Shown: positions 16,046 to 25,144 of the stretch, one piece after another
Layout of the letters: every line of letters begins with the position of its first letter
How positions within the stretch are numbered: position 1 is the first letter of the stretch
NCBI GenBank assembly: GCA_947629725.1
Contig: CANREU010000001.1
Coordinates: 1-40,852 of the forward strand
Origin: an uncultured Clostridia bacterium
GTDB lineage: Bacteria; Bacillota; Clostridia; Christensenellales; Borkfalkiaceae
Length of the DNA: 40,852 nt
Direction of reading: 5' to 3'
The notes under the pieces: generated by a model
The model's input: only the letters and a program-made list of their open reading frames with translations
Told to the model about the DNA's origin: nothing
The model's database searches: none
Translations under genes and position numbers: made by a program

Positions 16046-17707
16046 ATGAAAGCGAAAAACGATCTCGGAAAAAAGACCTATTTGGGGTTTCAGATCGTCG
16101 CGGTGGGGGTGTTGACGGGCGCTCTTTCGGGGCTCGTCGTCACCTGTTATCTCGCGCTTGCCGAGCTGTGCGAAGAATTTTCGCGCGGCTACTACGGCTT
16201 TTTCCGCGAAAATCCCGCCTTCGTCCCCCTCCTCTTTCTCGCTCTCTTTGCGGGGAGTATCGTGATAGGGGGCGTCTTGCGCTTTTTGCCCGCCGTCCGC
16301 GGCACGGGCTTTGCGCAGACGGAGGGGGCCACCCGCGGCCTCTTCCGCTTCAAGTGGTACGAGGGGCTCACGGGCATGTTCGCCGCCAGCCTCTTCACGG
16401 TGTTCTGCGGGCTCTCCGCGGGGGTGGAGGGGCCGAGCGCGATGATCGGCGGCTCCTGCGGAAACGCCGTGAGCGGCATGCTCCGCCGCAACGCCCTCGT
16501 CCGCCGCTATGAAATTACGGGCGGCGCCTGCGCGGGGCTCGCCGTTGCCCTCAACGCCCCCCTCACGGGCATGGTGTTCGCCTACGAGGAGGCGCACAAG
16601 CGCTTCACCCCCGAGGTGTTCGTTTGCTCCTTCTCCTCGGTGGTCGTCGCCGTCACCGTCCGCACCCTCTTGGCCCCCCTCGTCGGGCTCTCCACGGGGC
16701 CCTTCTTCGCGGGATTTTCCCTCGCGGGCGGGGTGGAACTCTTCTTCTGTCTCTACGCGCTCGGCGCGGCGCTTGCCGTCTCCCTCGTCGGGGTCGGGTT
16801 TTACTTCCTCCTCTTCGCCGCGCGCAAGCTCTTCCGCCGTCTCACCTTTTGGAAGGGGATGGGGAAGTACACGGTCCCCTTCCTCCTCGCGGGGGCGGCG
16901 GGGCTCCTCACCTCCTACGCGATGGGCGGCGGCGTGCACTTCATCGAGGACCTCGCTTCGGGCGCACAGCTTACAAACACCCTGTTTTCCGCCCCCATAT
17001 GGGCAATTTTGCTCGCCGTGCTCGTTCTTCGGCTCGTTGTTACGGTCGCAAACGTGGGGAGCGATCTTCCCTGCTGCGCCTCCGTCCCCATGATGGCGAT
17101 GGGCGCGTCGCTCGGCGGCCTCATGAGCCTTCTCTTCGGGCGCATGGGCATGGACCCCGCCCTCTCCGATACCCTCGTCATCCTCTGCGCCGTCACCTTC
17201 TTCACGACGGTCGTCAAGGCGCCCATCACGGGGATCGTCATGGTCGTCGAACTCACTTGGGACTTCTCCTTCCTCCTTCCCGCCGTCCTCTGCGTGGCGG
17301 TGGGGTACCTCGTGGGGGACGTCTTCCGCACCGAGCCCCTCTATGAAAAACTGCTCGACGAGATGCTCGCCGAAACGGCCAAGAAGAAGGAGCGGCTCGT
17401 CGTGGACGTGACGGCGGACGCCCGCTCCGCGGGGCGGCAGATCCGCGACATCCTCTGGCCCTTCTCCGCCCTCGTCGTAGAGATCAGACGGGGCGGGGAG
17501 CGCATCGTCCCGAAGGGCGGCACCGTGCTTGAAGAGGGGGACGTCCTCCTCATCGAGGGCACCCCGGCCGACCGAAAGGAGTACCTCTCCATGTTGGAGG
17601 CGGTCGCGGGGAAAGTGACCGTGCACGCTCCCGCGCCCGAAGAGAGCGCGCCGTCCGAGACGCCCGAGGCGCCGCCGGATGAGGGGAGCGATGAAAAGCA
17701 ATTATAG
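16046..17707 (+). CDS. ClC-family chloride channel/antiporter with a C-terminal RCK_C (TrkA-C) domain
   Basis: GVEGP and GMVFAYEE ClC motifs. C-terminal segment ...LVVEIRRGGERIVPKGGTVLEEGDVLLIEG. ATG 16046 has an ACGGAG RBS, whereas the 16010 start is a TTG abutting the ABC stop. Confidence 0.85.
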   Translation: MKAKNDLGKKTYLGFQIVAVGVLTGALSGLVVTCYLALAELCEEFSRGYYGFFRENPAFVPLLFLALFAGSIVIGGVLRFLPAVRGTGFAQTEGATRGLFRFKWYEGLTGMFAASLFTVFCGLSAGVEGPSAMIGGSCGNAVSGMLRRNALVRRYEITGGACAGLAVALNAPLTGMVFAYEEAHKRFTPEVFVCSFSSVVVAVTVRTLLAPLVGLSTGPFFAGFSLAGGVELFFCLYALGAALAVSLVGVGFYFLLFAARKLFRRLTFWKGMGKYTVPFLLAGAAGLLTSYAMGGGVHFIEDLASGAQLTNTLFSAPIWAILLAVLVLRLVVTVANVGSDLPCCASVPMMAMGASLGGLMSLLFGRMGMDPALSDTLVILCAVTFFTTVVKAPITGIVMVVELTWDFSFLLPAVLCVAVGYLVGDVFRTEPLYEKLLDEMLAETAKKKERLVVDVTADARSAGRQIRDILWPFSALVVEIRRGGERIVPKGGTVLEEGDVLLIEGTPADRKEYLSMLEAVAGKVTVHAPAPEESAPSETPEAPPDEGSDEKQL

Positions 17708-18029
17708 GGAAAAGCTCCTCGTCCTTTTCTCTTCCCTCGTCCTCTCCGCCGCGGTCGTCCTCTGCATCCTATTCCTGCCCGAGGCGGGGTGGGAGGATGT
17801 GCGTATCGTCGCCGTCACCTGCGTCTTTGTCGGGTTTTGGACGTTCGGCTTCATTCCCGCGTATTTGTATGCTTTTCGCAAGGAGGCAGAGCGGCTCTTA
17901 AAAATGCCGCCGCAAGAGGCGGTGCGCCGCGGATATTTTCTCGGCTTGCTGCTTAAGGGCCTGCTCTTTTTACTGCCCCTTCTCCTCGCCCCCGGGCTTG
18001 CCTTTTTTTACTACTTCGGCAGAACATAG
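17691..18029 (+). CDS. small integral membrane protein, hypothetical
   Basis: Three predicted TM helices. GAGGGGAG RBS before ATG 17691. Overlaps the ClC 3' end by 17 nt. Confidence 0.55.
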   Translation: MKSNYREKLLVLFSSLVLSAAVVLCILFLPEAGWEDVRIVAVTCVFVGFWTFGFIPAYLYAFRKEAERLLKMPPQEAVRRGYFLGLLLKGLLFLLPLLLAPGLAFFYYFGRT

Positions 18030-18045
18030 ATCTGCCGATTTTTTT
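18016..18045 (+). terminator. intrinsic terminator ending the ABC-ClC operon
   Basis: TCGGCAGA-ACATAGA-TCTGCCGA (8-bp stem with the stop codon in the loop) followed by TTTTTTT. Confidence 0.85.
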
Positions 18046-18095
18046 GTATAAAACGGGACCCGTCTGCCCAAAATAGGGTCGTAAGGGAGGCAGCT

Positions 18096-18692
18096 ATGGA
18101 CTTTACCGAAACGCGCACCTATCACAACCTCGCCCGCGGTTTTGCGGGGGAGTGCCAGGCGGGGATGCGGTATCAACTCACGGTGAAAGAGGCAATGAAG
18201 CAGGGTTACAAGGTCCTCGCGGACACGATCCGCACGATCGCGAAGAACGAGACCAACCACGCGAAGGTGTTCTTCGAGACACTGCTCGCCAATGCGGGGA
18301 GCCGCGACGACATCAGGATCGAAGCGAGTTTCCCCTTCCATGCGGGCACTTTGGAGGACAATCTGCGCTTTGCCGCGATCGACGAGCAGGACGAGGCGGA
18401 AAACCTGTACCCCTCGTTCGCACGGATCGCGAGAGAGGAGGGGTTTGAGCAGATCGCGCTCAAATTCGAACAGGTCGCAAAAGTCGAAGAAAACCATCGG
18501 ATCATCTTCAACTACCTATTTGAGGCGTTCAAGGACGGCTCCCTCTACAAGGCGGACCGCCCGATGCTGTGGATCTGCGGAGAATGCGGCTATATGCACA
18601 CTTCAAAAGAGGCTTGGAATGTATGCCCGCTTTGCGGCGCGTCGCAGGGGGAAGTCGAGCTTCACCTGCCCTTCAAAAAGGAGAATCTATGA
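18096..18692 (+). CDS. rbr: rubrerythrin
   Basis: Ferritin-like diiron domain (NETNHAKVF, EENHRIIF) plus a C-terminal rubredoxin-like CGECG...CPLCG. Confidence 0.9.
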   Translation: MDFTETRTYHNLARGFAGECQAGMRYQLTVKEAMKQGYKVLADTIRTIAKNETNHAKVFFETLLANAGSRDDIRIEASFPFHAGTLEDNLRFAAIDEQDEAENLYPSFARIAREEGFEQIALKFEQVAKVEENHRIIFNYLFEAFKDGSLYKADRPMLWICGECGYMHTSKEAWNVCPLCGASQGEVELHLPFKKENL

Positions 18693-18790
18693 AAAAAACG
18701 ACCAACAAGACGACCGAAAACACGAAGAACGCGCAGAGCTCCAAGAGCGTGAAGAACGCGAAGAGCACCAACTGCAAGGACTGCAAGTGA
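18689..18790 (+). CDS. 33-aa basic K/N/T-rich peptide ending in CKDCK, hypothetical
   Basis: ATGA-type overlap with the rbr stop. AAGGAG RBS 7 nt upstream. Sequence is MKKTTNKTTENTKNAQSSKSVKNAKSTNCKDCK. Confidence 0.4.
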   Translation: MKKTTNKTTENTKNAQSSKSVKNAKSTNCKDCK

Positions 18791-18819
18791 CGGCGAAAAC
18801 CCTCAAACGGGGCGCGAAA

Positions 18820-18909
18820 ATGCGCTCTGAAGAGGACGCGCTCGGAAGTTATACGGGCGTGTGCGCCGCGGACGGGGACGACCCCGTTCAAGACGCGGAC
18901 GATCTGTAA
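18820..18909 (+). CDS. 29-aa acidic peptide, hypothetical
   Basis: MRSEEDALGSYTGVCAADGDDPVQDADDL. Weak GGGG RBS. Lies inside the same transcription unit, before the terminator at 18917. Confidence 0.3.
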   Translation: MRSEEDALGSYTGVCAADGDDPVQDADDL

Positions 18910-18916
18910 GATCGGG

Positions 18917-18947
18917 GCGGCGGGAACATCCCCGCCGCTTTTTCTTT
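18917..18947 (+). terminator. intrinsic terminator after the rbr unit
   Basis: GCGGCGGG-AACATC-CCCGCCGC followed by TTTTTCTTT. Confidence 0.85.
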
Positions 18948-18949
18948 GT

Positions 18950-19325
18950 GCCTCACTCTCGCTTCCTCCTTTTGGGGGAAGTACCCCGGCACACCCTCCC
19001 TTGCTTTCCCCTCTTGGGGAAGTACCCCGATACGCTCCTCATTCTTGCTTCCCCCTTTTGGGGGAAGTACCCCGAAGGGGGGATAGGGGTTTGCAGTTCC
19101 ATCGAAACCCCCTCACTTCCGCATAGATGCGGAAGAGCTCCCCCAAAAGGGGGCGCCGAGAAAGCTCGAATTTCTCTCCCGCTATAAAATACGTCATCCT
19201 GAGCCGCCGAGCCGCCCGCTTCTGCGGGCGGCTCGGCGTGTCGAAGGATCCCAAAGTACGAAGTCCGCCTTGCCCACCCCCGTCCCTGCGGGACACCCCC
19301 TCCTATGGAGGGGGCAGGGGCGTCC
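18950..19325. repeat. mosaic hairpin-repeat cluster D
   Basis: Three tandem CTTCC(C)CCTTTTGGGG(G)AAGTACCCCG-type units (about 18960-19080). A 14-bp perfect hairpin at 19206-19237. The CCCCCTCC-TAT-GGAGGGGG module at 19296-19314, shared with clusters B and C. Confidence 0.85.
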
Positions 19326-19392
19326 GTATCCTTGCCTCCTTCCCCCAAAAACGCCATCCGAAAAATTTTTTTGAAAATTTTCGGGTCCCTTC

Positions 19393-19421
19393 TTGCGAAG
19401 CGTCGAAAAACGTCGTATAAT
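19393..19421 (+). promoter_or_regulatory. sigmaA-type promoter of the LRR protein gene
   Basis: TTGCGA (19393-19398), 17-nt spacer, TATAAT (19416-19421). Confidence 0.65.
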
Positions 19422-19456
19422 GGGGAAAAAGCACGAAAAACGGCGGAAGCGGAAAC

Positions 19457-20518
19457 ATGTCTTCGATCAAAAGGGCGATCGGCGCGGTCTTCACGGCACT
19501 GTATGCGGTCCTGCTCTGCGCGGGGCTGTTATGCGGCGTCACGCCCGTAACGGAGGCGGAGCGGTATCTCTGCGAGTGGGAGAACGGCGCCGTCACGGAG
19601 GAGGAAGAGGGCGCGCTCGCGGCATGCTGCACGGGGGTCTCGGAGACGGGAGACGCGCTCTTTCTGCGCGAAGGGGTGCGCGGAAGGGTCCCGCTCGGCG
19701 AGGAATTGGCGCATGCGGTCTCCGTTCTCGGCGGAAACGATTTTTCCGCCATTGCCGCTTATTCCTTCGGCGGCCTTCCCTCGCTCGCCCGCGCCGCGCT
19801 CGACCTCTCTTTCAAAGGGCGTCTGTATTATGCAGACGGCTTTTTTGTTTGGCAAAACGGGCTCTCCGCCGCCCAAACGCGGGAGGGGGAGGAGCTCGTC
19901 GTGTTCGGGGAGATGTCCGTCTCCGCGCGCAAGGGGGTGACGGCAAAGCGGCTCACCCTCACCTCCACGGCGCAGGTGGACGGGCTCACAGAGCACTCCT
20001 TTTCGGAGTTCCGCGCCGAACCGCCCTATGAGGCGGCGGACGGGGCGCTCTATCTGCACACGGCGGGCGGGAAACGCCTCGTCACCGTCTGCGCAAACGC
20101 GGGCGAGCTCGTCCTCGGCGAGTATGACTTTGCCGACCGCGGCGCCCTGCTCGCGGCGGGGAAGCTCCTCTCCGCCGATCTGCCCTTCGTCGGGAGTTCC
20201 CTCTCCCTTGCGGGGACGGATGCGGACGGCATGTTCGCCCGTCTCTTTTCGGACGGCGCCTCCTTCCGCGTGCCCGAAACGCTCTTTCGGGTGAAGGTGC
20301 GGGGCGGCGCGCTCGTCTCCCACGCCTTCTACGCCTGCCCGCATCTTGCGGAGATCGAGGCGTGCGGCTTGGACCCCTCTTCGGTCGCGGCGGACGCCTT
20401 CGCCGATTGCAGAGAACTCCGTCTTCTGCACGTGCCGAGAGACGATGTGCTCCTTACGGGGAACTTCTCCCGCGAGGAGCTCCCCTGCGGGTGCTATCTC
20501 TACCGAAGGGTCTCATAA
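19457..20518 (+). CDS. membrane-anchored protein with BspA-type leucine-rich repeats
   Basis: N-terminal TM/signal anchor (AIGAVFTALYAVLLCAGLLCGV). Degenerate AFxxCxxL-type LRR units (HAFYACPHLAEI, DAFADCRELRLL). Confidence 0.6.
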   Translation: MSSIKRAIGAVFTALYAVLLCAGLLCGVTPVTEAERYLCEWENGAVTEEEEGALAACCTGVSETGDALFLREGVRGRVPLGEELAHAVSVLGGNDFSAIAAYSFGGLPSLARAALDLSFKGRLYYADGFFVWQNGLSAAQTREGEELVVFGEMSVSARKGVTAKRLTLTSTAQVDGLTEHSFSEFRAEPPYEAADGALYLHTAGGKRLVTVCANAGELVLGEYDFADRGALLAAGKLLSADLPFVGSSLSLAGTDADGMFARLFSDGASFRVPETLFRVKVRGGALVSHAFYACPHLAEIEACGLDPSSVAADAFADCRELRLLHVPRDDVLLTGNFSREELPCGCYLYRRVS

Positions 20519-20534
20519 TTGCGACATGGGGTCG

Positions 20535-20562
20535 AAAAAACCGCCCGATGGGGGCGGTTTTT
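20535..20562. terminator. bidirectional intrinsic terminator between convergent genes
   Basis: AAAAAA-CCGCCC-GATGG-GGGCGG-TTTTT: an A-run and a T-run flank the stem. Confidence 0.8.
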
Positions 20563-23418
20563 CATATCTTTTCCGTATGCTTTCCGTCGCTGATGTAGCG
20601 CTCGACGAGCTCCTCCGGGAGGAGGAAGAGGTAGGGTGTGGGCCCGCGCCGCGAGTTTTCGGTCCGGCGGCAGGTGAGAAGAAGGCTCTTTTTCGGGCGG
20701 GTGATGGCGACGTAAAACACCCGCTTTTCCTCCTCTTCCCGCCCGCTCTCTTCGGCGCCCGCGAGGGGGAAGTGGAACCCGTCGGCGCCCGCGAGGATCA
20801 CCGAGTCGAATTCGCACCCCTTCGATTGGTGGACGGTGACGATGGGGATCTTGTTGAGTTTCTTTGCGAGCGCATCCATCTCGCTCCCCGTGAGGGCGGA
20901 TTCGGCGACGAGGCTCGAAAGGGCGTCTTTCAGGCACCCGTCCTTCGCCTTTTCCGCGGCGAGGAGGCGCAGCATAGAGGGGTTTTCCCGCTCCCACGCC
21001 TTTTCACAGCGGGCGGAGAAGGAAAATTCCGCCTCGGCGCGGTCGAAAAACTTGTCCGTGTCGTTCGTCCGCAAAATTTCCGCAAGGGTACGGAGGGCGG
21101 CGCGAAGAGGGGCGAGCCTCTTTTCGCAGCGGCGGACGGTCCTCTCCCGCACTCGGGCGGAGAAAGCCGGAGAGGAGGCGCTCGAGCACCCCCGAGGTCG
21201 CGGCGACGTCCTCAAAGGCGTCGTGCGCCCGCTCGTTCACGATCCCGAGCGCCCCGCAGAGGGTGGCGAGCTTGTGGTCGGGCAGGTCGGGCAGCAGCAT
21301 GCGGGAAAGCTCGAGGGTGTCGTATTCCGCCTCGGCAGGGAGGGGAGGCAGCCCGCAGTCGCGCAGGGAGCGGTCGAGGAGGGGACGGTCGAACTTCTTC
21401 CCGTTGTGCCCGACGAGCACGCACCCCTCCGCAAACGCCGAAAATTCCTCAAGCGCCTCTCTTTGGGAAACGGCGCCGTGCGCGCGCAAGTATTCCTCCG
21501 AATACCCGTGGGTGCGGAGGGCGCCCTCCGAGATCTCCCGCTCGGGCATCACGAACCGCATAAACTCCGCCCGTCCCTCCTTTTTGAGCTTTACGGCGGC
21601 GATCTGGATGACTTGGTCCTTTTCGGTGTCGAGCCCCGTCGTCTCGGTGTCGTACACGACGAGCCTTCCCTCCTCCTGTGCGCGGAGGAGAGGGGCGAGG
21701 GGGTCGCCCTCCCGATCGGAGGCGAGGAGGAAGGGGAGGGATACCCCCGTCTTTCGCCCGTCCCGAAGGGCTGCGAGGGTGGCGGGGCCGATCCTCGGGT
21801 ATCTCGCCGCGACGCGCTCCGCCGCGATCCCGTCGTCGGGGCCCGTGAGGAGGGCAAAGAGGGCGAGCATGTCTTTGGCGACGGCGGACTTGAAGAGACG
21901 GAAGTCTCCCGCCGCGAAGAAGGAGAGCTGCTCTTCGGGGGGAAGGGCCCTGTTCAGCGCCGTAAATCTGCGGAAGAGCCTCTCGATATAGCGGTTGGAG
22001 CGCGCCATCACGCACACGTTCTCCCCGCGGTGTTTGAGGAGGTAGCGGAAGATGAAGTTCTCCTCCGCGCCGTCGCCCGTGCACTGCACGAAGCGGACGG
22101 GTTCCCCCTCCTCGGTGCTCCGCACCGAAAAGCGGGGCGGAAGGAGGTCGGCGGGGCACACTTTTTGCAAAAATCCGTATGCCGCCGCGGCGAGCTTGCG
22201 GGTGGCGCGGTAGTTTTCGGCGAGGGCATACGTCTTCGCGCCGAACTGCTTGCGGAAGTCCTCCGCAATCTCGAAGGGACGGGAGCCGCGCCATTCGTAG
22301 ATGGTCTGGAAAAAGTCCCCGCACATCATCACGAGGGCGCCGGGGAACAGCCGTTTCAGTACGTCGTACTCGAGGGCGCTCGTGTCCTGCGTCTCGTCCA
22401 CCACGATGAAGCGGTATTTCTTCCTCACCCGTGCGCACACTTCTTCGTCGAGGAGGAGGTCCCGCGCGCCGACCACGAGGTCGTCGAAATCGAGGCGGCC
22501 GCACTTGCGCATCTCGGCGCAGTAGGCGTGCATGAGGGCGCCGATATAGCGCTCCGCCTTGCCGTAAAACACGCGGTCGAAGTTGTCGTCCCCGCCCTCG
22601 CGGCGGTAGGTGAAGACGCGTTTCAGCCCCTCCGCGTCCCTTTCTTTGAGACGGGCGAACGCCTCCGCATAGTCCTTTTCCTCGTCGCCGCTCTTCGGCA
22701 CGCGGGCGCGCTCGTGCTTCAAGAGAGAGACGAGATCGCGATAGTGCCCGTACTTTCCGAGTTCAAACTTTCTCGGGGGGATATAGGAGCGGAAATCGAA
22801 CCCGCACGCGGAACAAACCGTTCCGCCCTCCTGTACCGTCTTGCAGTCGGGGCAGGGGAAGGCGGCGGGCTTTACAAGGCGGGCGTCCTCCCCGCCGATC
22901 ACCCCCTCCGTGCCGAGGTAGCTCCCGTCGTCCATGCGGCGGTAGAACCCCGAATGTTTCCCCGCGGCGAGCCAAACGGGGTCGCGGGAGAGGACCTCAT
23001 CGAGGGAAAGGGAATACCGCTCTTTTGCGATCCGCTCCATGTCGAGGAGGGCAATTTTTTCCGAAAAGACCTTCCCGAGGATCTCCTCCTCGTCCACCTC
23101 GTCGCAGACGGCGAAGGGGACGGCGCCCGTCCGTTTTCCCTCTTCCGCGAGGAGGGAGAGGCAGAAGCCGTGGATGGTCCTGATCTCCACGCCCGCAGCC
23201 CCGGGGCAGCTTGCGAGGTCGTCCCGCATCTCCCCGCACGCCTTCACGGTGAAGGTGAGAAGGAGGATCTCCCCGGGCTTTGCGATTTTTTCTTGGAGGA
23301 CGCGCTCCACTTTTCGGGCTACGGTGAACGTTTTGCCCGTTCCCGCGCTCGCGAGCAAGAGGATATTCGAGGAGAGATCTTCGATCGCCCGTGCCTGTTC
23401 GGGATCTGGAATTTTCAT
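20562..23418 (-). pseudogene. UvrD/PcrA-type SF1 helicase with a Zn-ribbon insert and an embedded DEDDh 3'-5' exonuclease domain, interrupted by one frameshift as sequenced
   Basis: Walker A ASAGTGKT, Walker B VVDETQD, ENYRAT. Exonuclease motifs VVYDTETTGL, VGHNGKKFD and HDAFEDV. The helicase C-terminal motifs (VTVHQSKGCEFD, VFYVAITRPKKSL) lie in ORF 20562-21215, in a different frame from ORF 21004-23463. The true start is MKIPDPEQ at 23418, with an AAGGAGG RBS. Confidence 0.85.
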
Positions 23419-23439
23419 CACACGCCTCCTTATTTTTCG

Positions 23440-23468
23440 ATTATAACACCCGCAGAAGAGCAAGTCAA
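23440..23468 (-). promoter_or_regulatory. sigmaA-type promoter of the helicase gene
   Basis: Minus strand reads TTGACT (23463-23468), 17-nt spacer, TATAAT (23440-23445). Confidence 0.7.
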
Positions 23469-23484
23469 GCGCAAAATCGCCGAA

Positions 23485-23800
23485 AGAAAGCCCTTCCCTT
23501 CCGTTGGAAGGGTGCCGAAGGCATGCCTTGCGCTGAGGGTGGCACGGCTTGCCGTGACGGATGGGGATGGGGTATGACGATCGATAATCCCCACCACCCC
23601 CGCAAGCGGGGGAGCCTCCCCCTTGAAAAGGGGTAGGCCTTTCGCTGTTTGCCGCCGTACTTCTGCCCTCGCTCTGCTTTGGGGCGCCGAGAAGGGGGTC
23701 CGAGCAAGCTGCCCTCGCCCTCCTTTGGGGGACGAGGGGTAGGGGTGCGGGGGGTGCCCCCTCCGCGGAGGGGGGGGTAGGGGGGTGGGCGGCGGAAAAG
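23485..23800. repeat. mosaic hairpin-repeat cluster E
   Basis: GTGCCGAAGGCATGCCTTGCGCTG (23512-23535, also at 38524-38547). CCCCCGC-AAG-CGGGGG (compare 5746-5766). G-rich GGGGTAGGGGTG tails. Confidence 0.85.
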
Positions 23801-23814
23801 CGTCCCTGCGGAAA

Positions 23815-23851
23815 GCAAAAAACCGCCCGGGGCGGGGCGCCTCGGGCGGTT
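23815..23851 (-). terminator. intrinsic terminator after the GH43 gene
   Basis: Minus strand reads AACCGCCCG...CGGGCGGTT followed by TTTTTT. Confidence 0.75.
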
Positions 23852-23854
23852 CGT

Positions 23855-24958
23855 TTATTTCTGATGGTCGGTGAAGCCGGTGTTGTAGAGCTCGTCAGGG
23901 TCGAAGTCGAAGATCGGCTTTCCGTTCCTGTCGAAGTCCACCTTCATCACGTGGGCGTGGCGGTTGTAGTCGTAGAGGCTGTTCCCGTCGCCGCCCTGAA
24001 TGTTGGGATAGTCGCGGAAGTGGAGCATGCACAAGAGCTCGCCCTTGTCCCCCTCCACGAAGCAGTTGTGCCCGGGACCGTAGATCTTGCGGGACGCGTC
24101 CGTTCGGAACACGGGCTCGGGCGATTTCGTCCAGTTGCTCTTTTCGAGGGGATCGTCGCAGGCGTCGATCTCGAGCATGCCCATGCAGTAGGCGGCGTTG
24201 GTCGCCGCGGCGGAGTAGGTGACGAAGATCTTCCCGCCGTGTTTCATCACCGCGGGGCCCTCATTCACAGACTGTCCGCCCGCGCGCTCCCAGTCGTAGT
24301 CGGGGCGGGTGAGGAGCATGGACTTCGTCTTCAGGGTGAGGGGGTCCTCCATCTCGGCGAGGTAGAGGTTGGAGGAGTTGGGCTTCTGCGCCCAGATCGC
24401 ATACCACTTGCCCGCGTTTTCAAACACCGTCATATCGAGGCACATGCCGCTGTTGTTGGAGAAGCTGTCCCCTTCGGCGACCTTGATCTTGCCCATATAC
24501 TCCCAGTCGTCGTGCATGGGGTCGTCCCCCTTGCATTGCAGGGCGTAGCACTTGATGTCCCAATCGCCGTTTTCGCTCGCGGCGTAGTAGATGACCCACT
24601 TGCCCATGACATAGTGGATCTCGGGCGCCCACACGTGGTGCGTGGTGGAGGGGGCGGTCCAAATCGTCTTGGGAGTGGCCGCCGCGATGCCGTTCACCGA
24701 GTCCGCCGAGGTGAGCTCGATACGGTCGTAGAGGGGATGGGAGCCCGTGAAGTAGTAGGTGCCCGTCTCACTGTCTTTGTAGAGATAGGGATCGGCGCGG
24801 AGGGTGACGAGAGGGGAGAGGTAGTCCCCGTTCACCTCCGAGGAGGCCGTCTCCGCTTGCGCGAGAGGGGTTTCTTCTTTGATTTCGGCGGCGCTCACCC
24901 CCGCGAGGGCGGCCGCGCAGAACGCCACAGCGCCGACAAGACCCAAGAACCGTTTCAT
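23855..24958 (-). CDS. secreted glycoside hydrolase family 43 (beta-xylosidase/alpha-L-arabinofuranosidase type)
   Basis: Signal peptide MKRFLGLVGAVAFCAAALAGVSA. HVWAPEIHY, WYAIWAQ and NEGPAVMKHGGKIFVTYSA are characteristic GH43 five-bladed propeller motifs. Confidence 0.85.
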   Translation of the reverse strand: MKRFLGLVGAVAFCAAALAGVSAAEIKEETPLAQAETASSEVNGDYLSPLVTLRADPYLYKDSETGTYYFTGSHPLYDRIELTSADSVNGIAAATPKTIWTAPSTTHHVWAPEIHYVMGKWVIYYAASENGDWDIKCYALQCKGDDPMHDDWEYMGKIKVAEGDSFSNNSGMCLDMTVFENAGKWYAIWAQKPNSSNLYLAEMEDPLTLKTKSMLLTRPDYDWERAGGQSVNEGPAVMKHGGKIFVTYSAAATNAAYCMGMLEIDACDDPLEKSNWTKSPEPVFRTDASRKIYGPGHNCFVEGDKGELLCMLHFRDYPNIQGGDGNSLYDYNRHAHVMKVDFDRNGKPIFDFDPDELYNTGFTDHQK

Positions 24959-25144
24959 GCGTTCCTCCTTCCGCGTTCCCGCATGCGGAAACGCGCGATA
25001 TTATACTAACACAGCATTTTGGAAAAATCAATAGATCTCCCCCGATTTTTGTATGGACGAAACTGCCTTTTTTTATCAAAGATATGGACATATTATACTA
25101 TTTTATGTTACTTCATTCTCACCTCAAAATAAGGGAGGAAAAGG

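Noticed and set aside
12543-17701. 591-aa (12543-14318) and 800-aa (15299-17701) minus-strand ORFs
   Set aside because: They are antisense to the ABC exporter pair and the ClC channel, whose Walker, signature and ClC motifs are unambiguous in the + frames.
20836-23577. 913-aa ORF on the + strand
   Set aside because: It is antisense to the helicase-exonuclease, which has clear SF1 and DEDDh motifs on the minus strand. It has no RBS and extends into a repeat cluster.
25073-25110. SigmaA promoter for the LamG giant gene in the AT-rich gap
   Set aside because: Several TATAnT-like hexamers exist (25091-25099, 25104-25109). None has a -35 hexamer at 16-18 nt spacing, so I cannot support a specific call.
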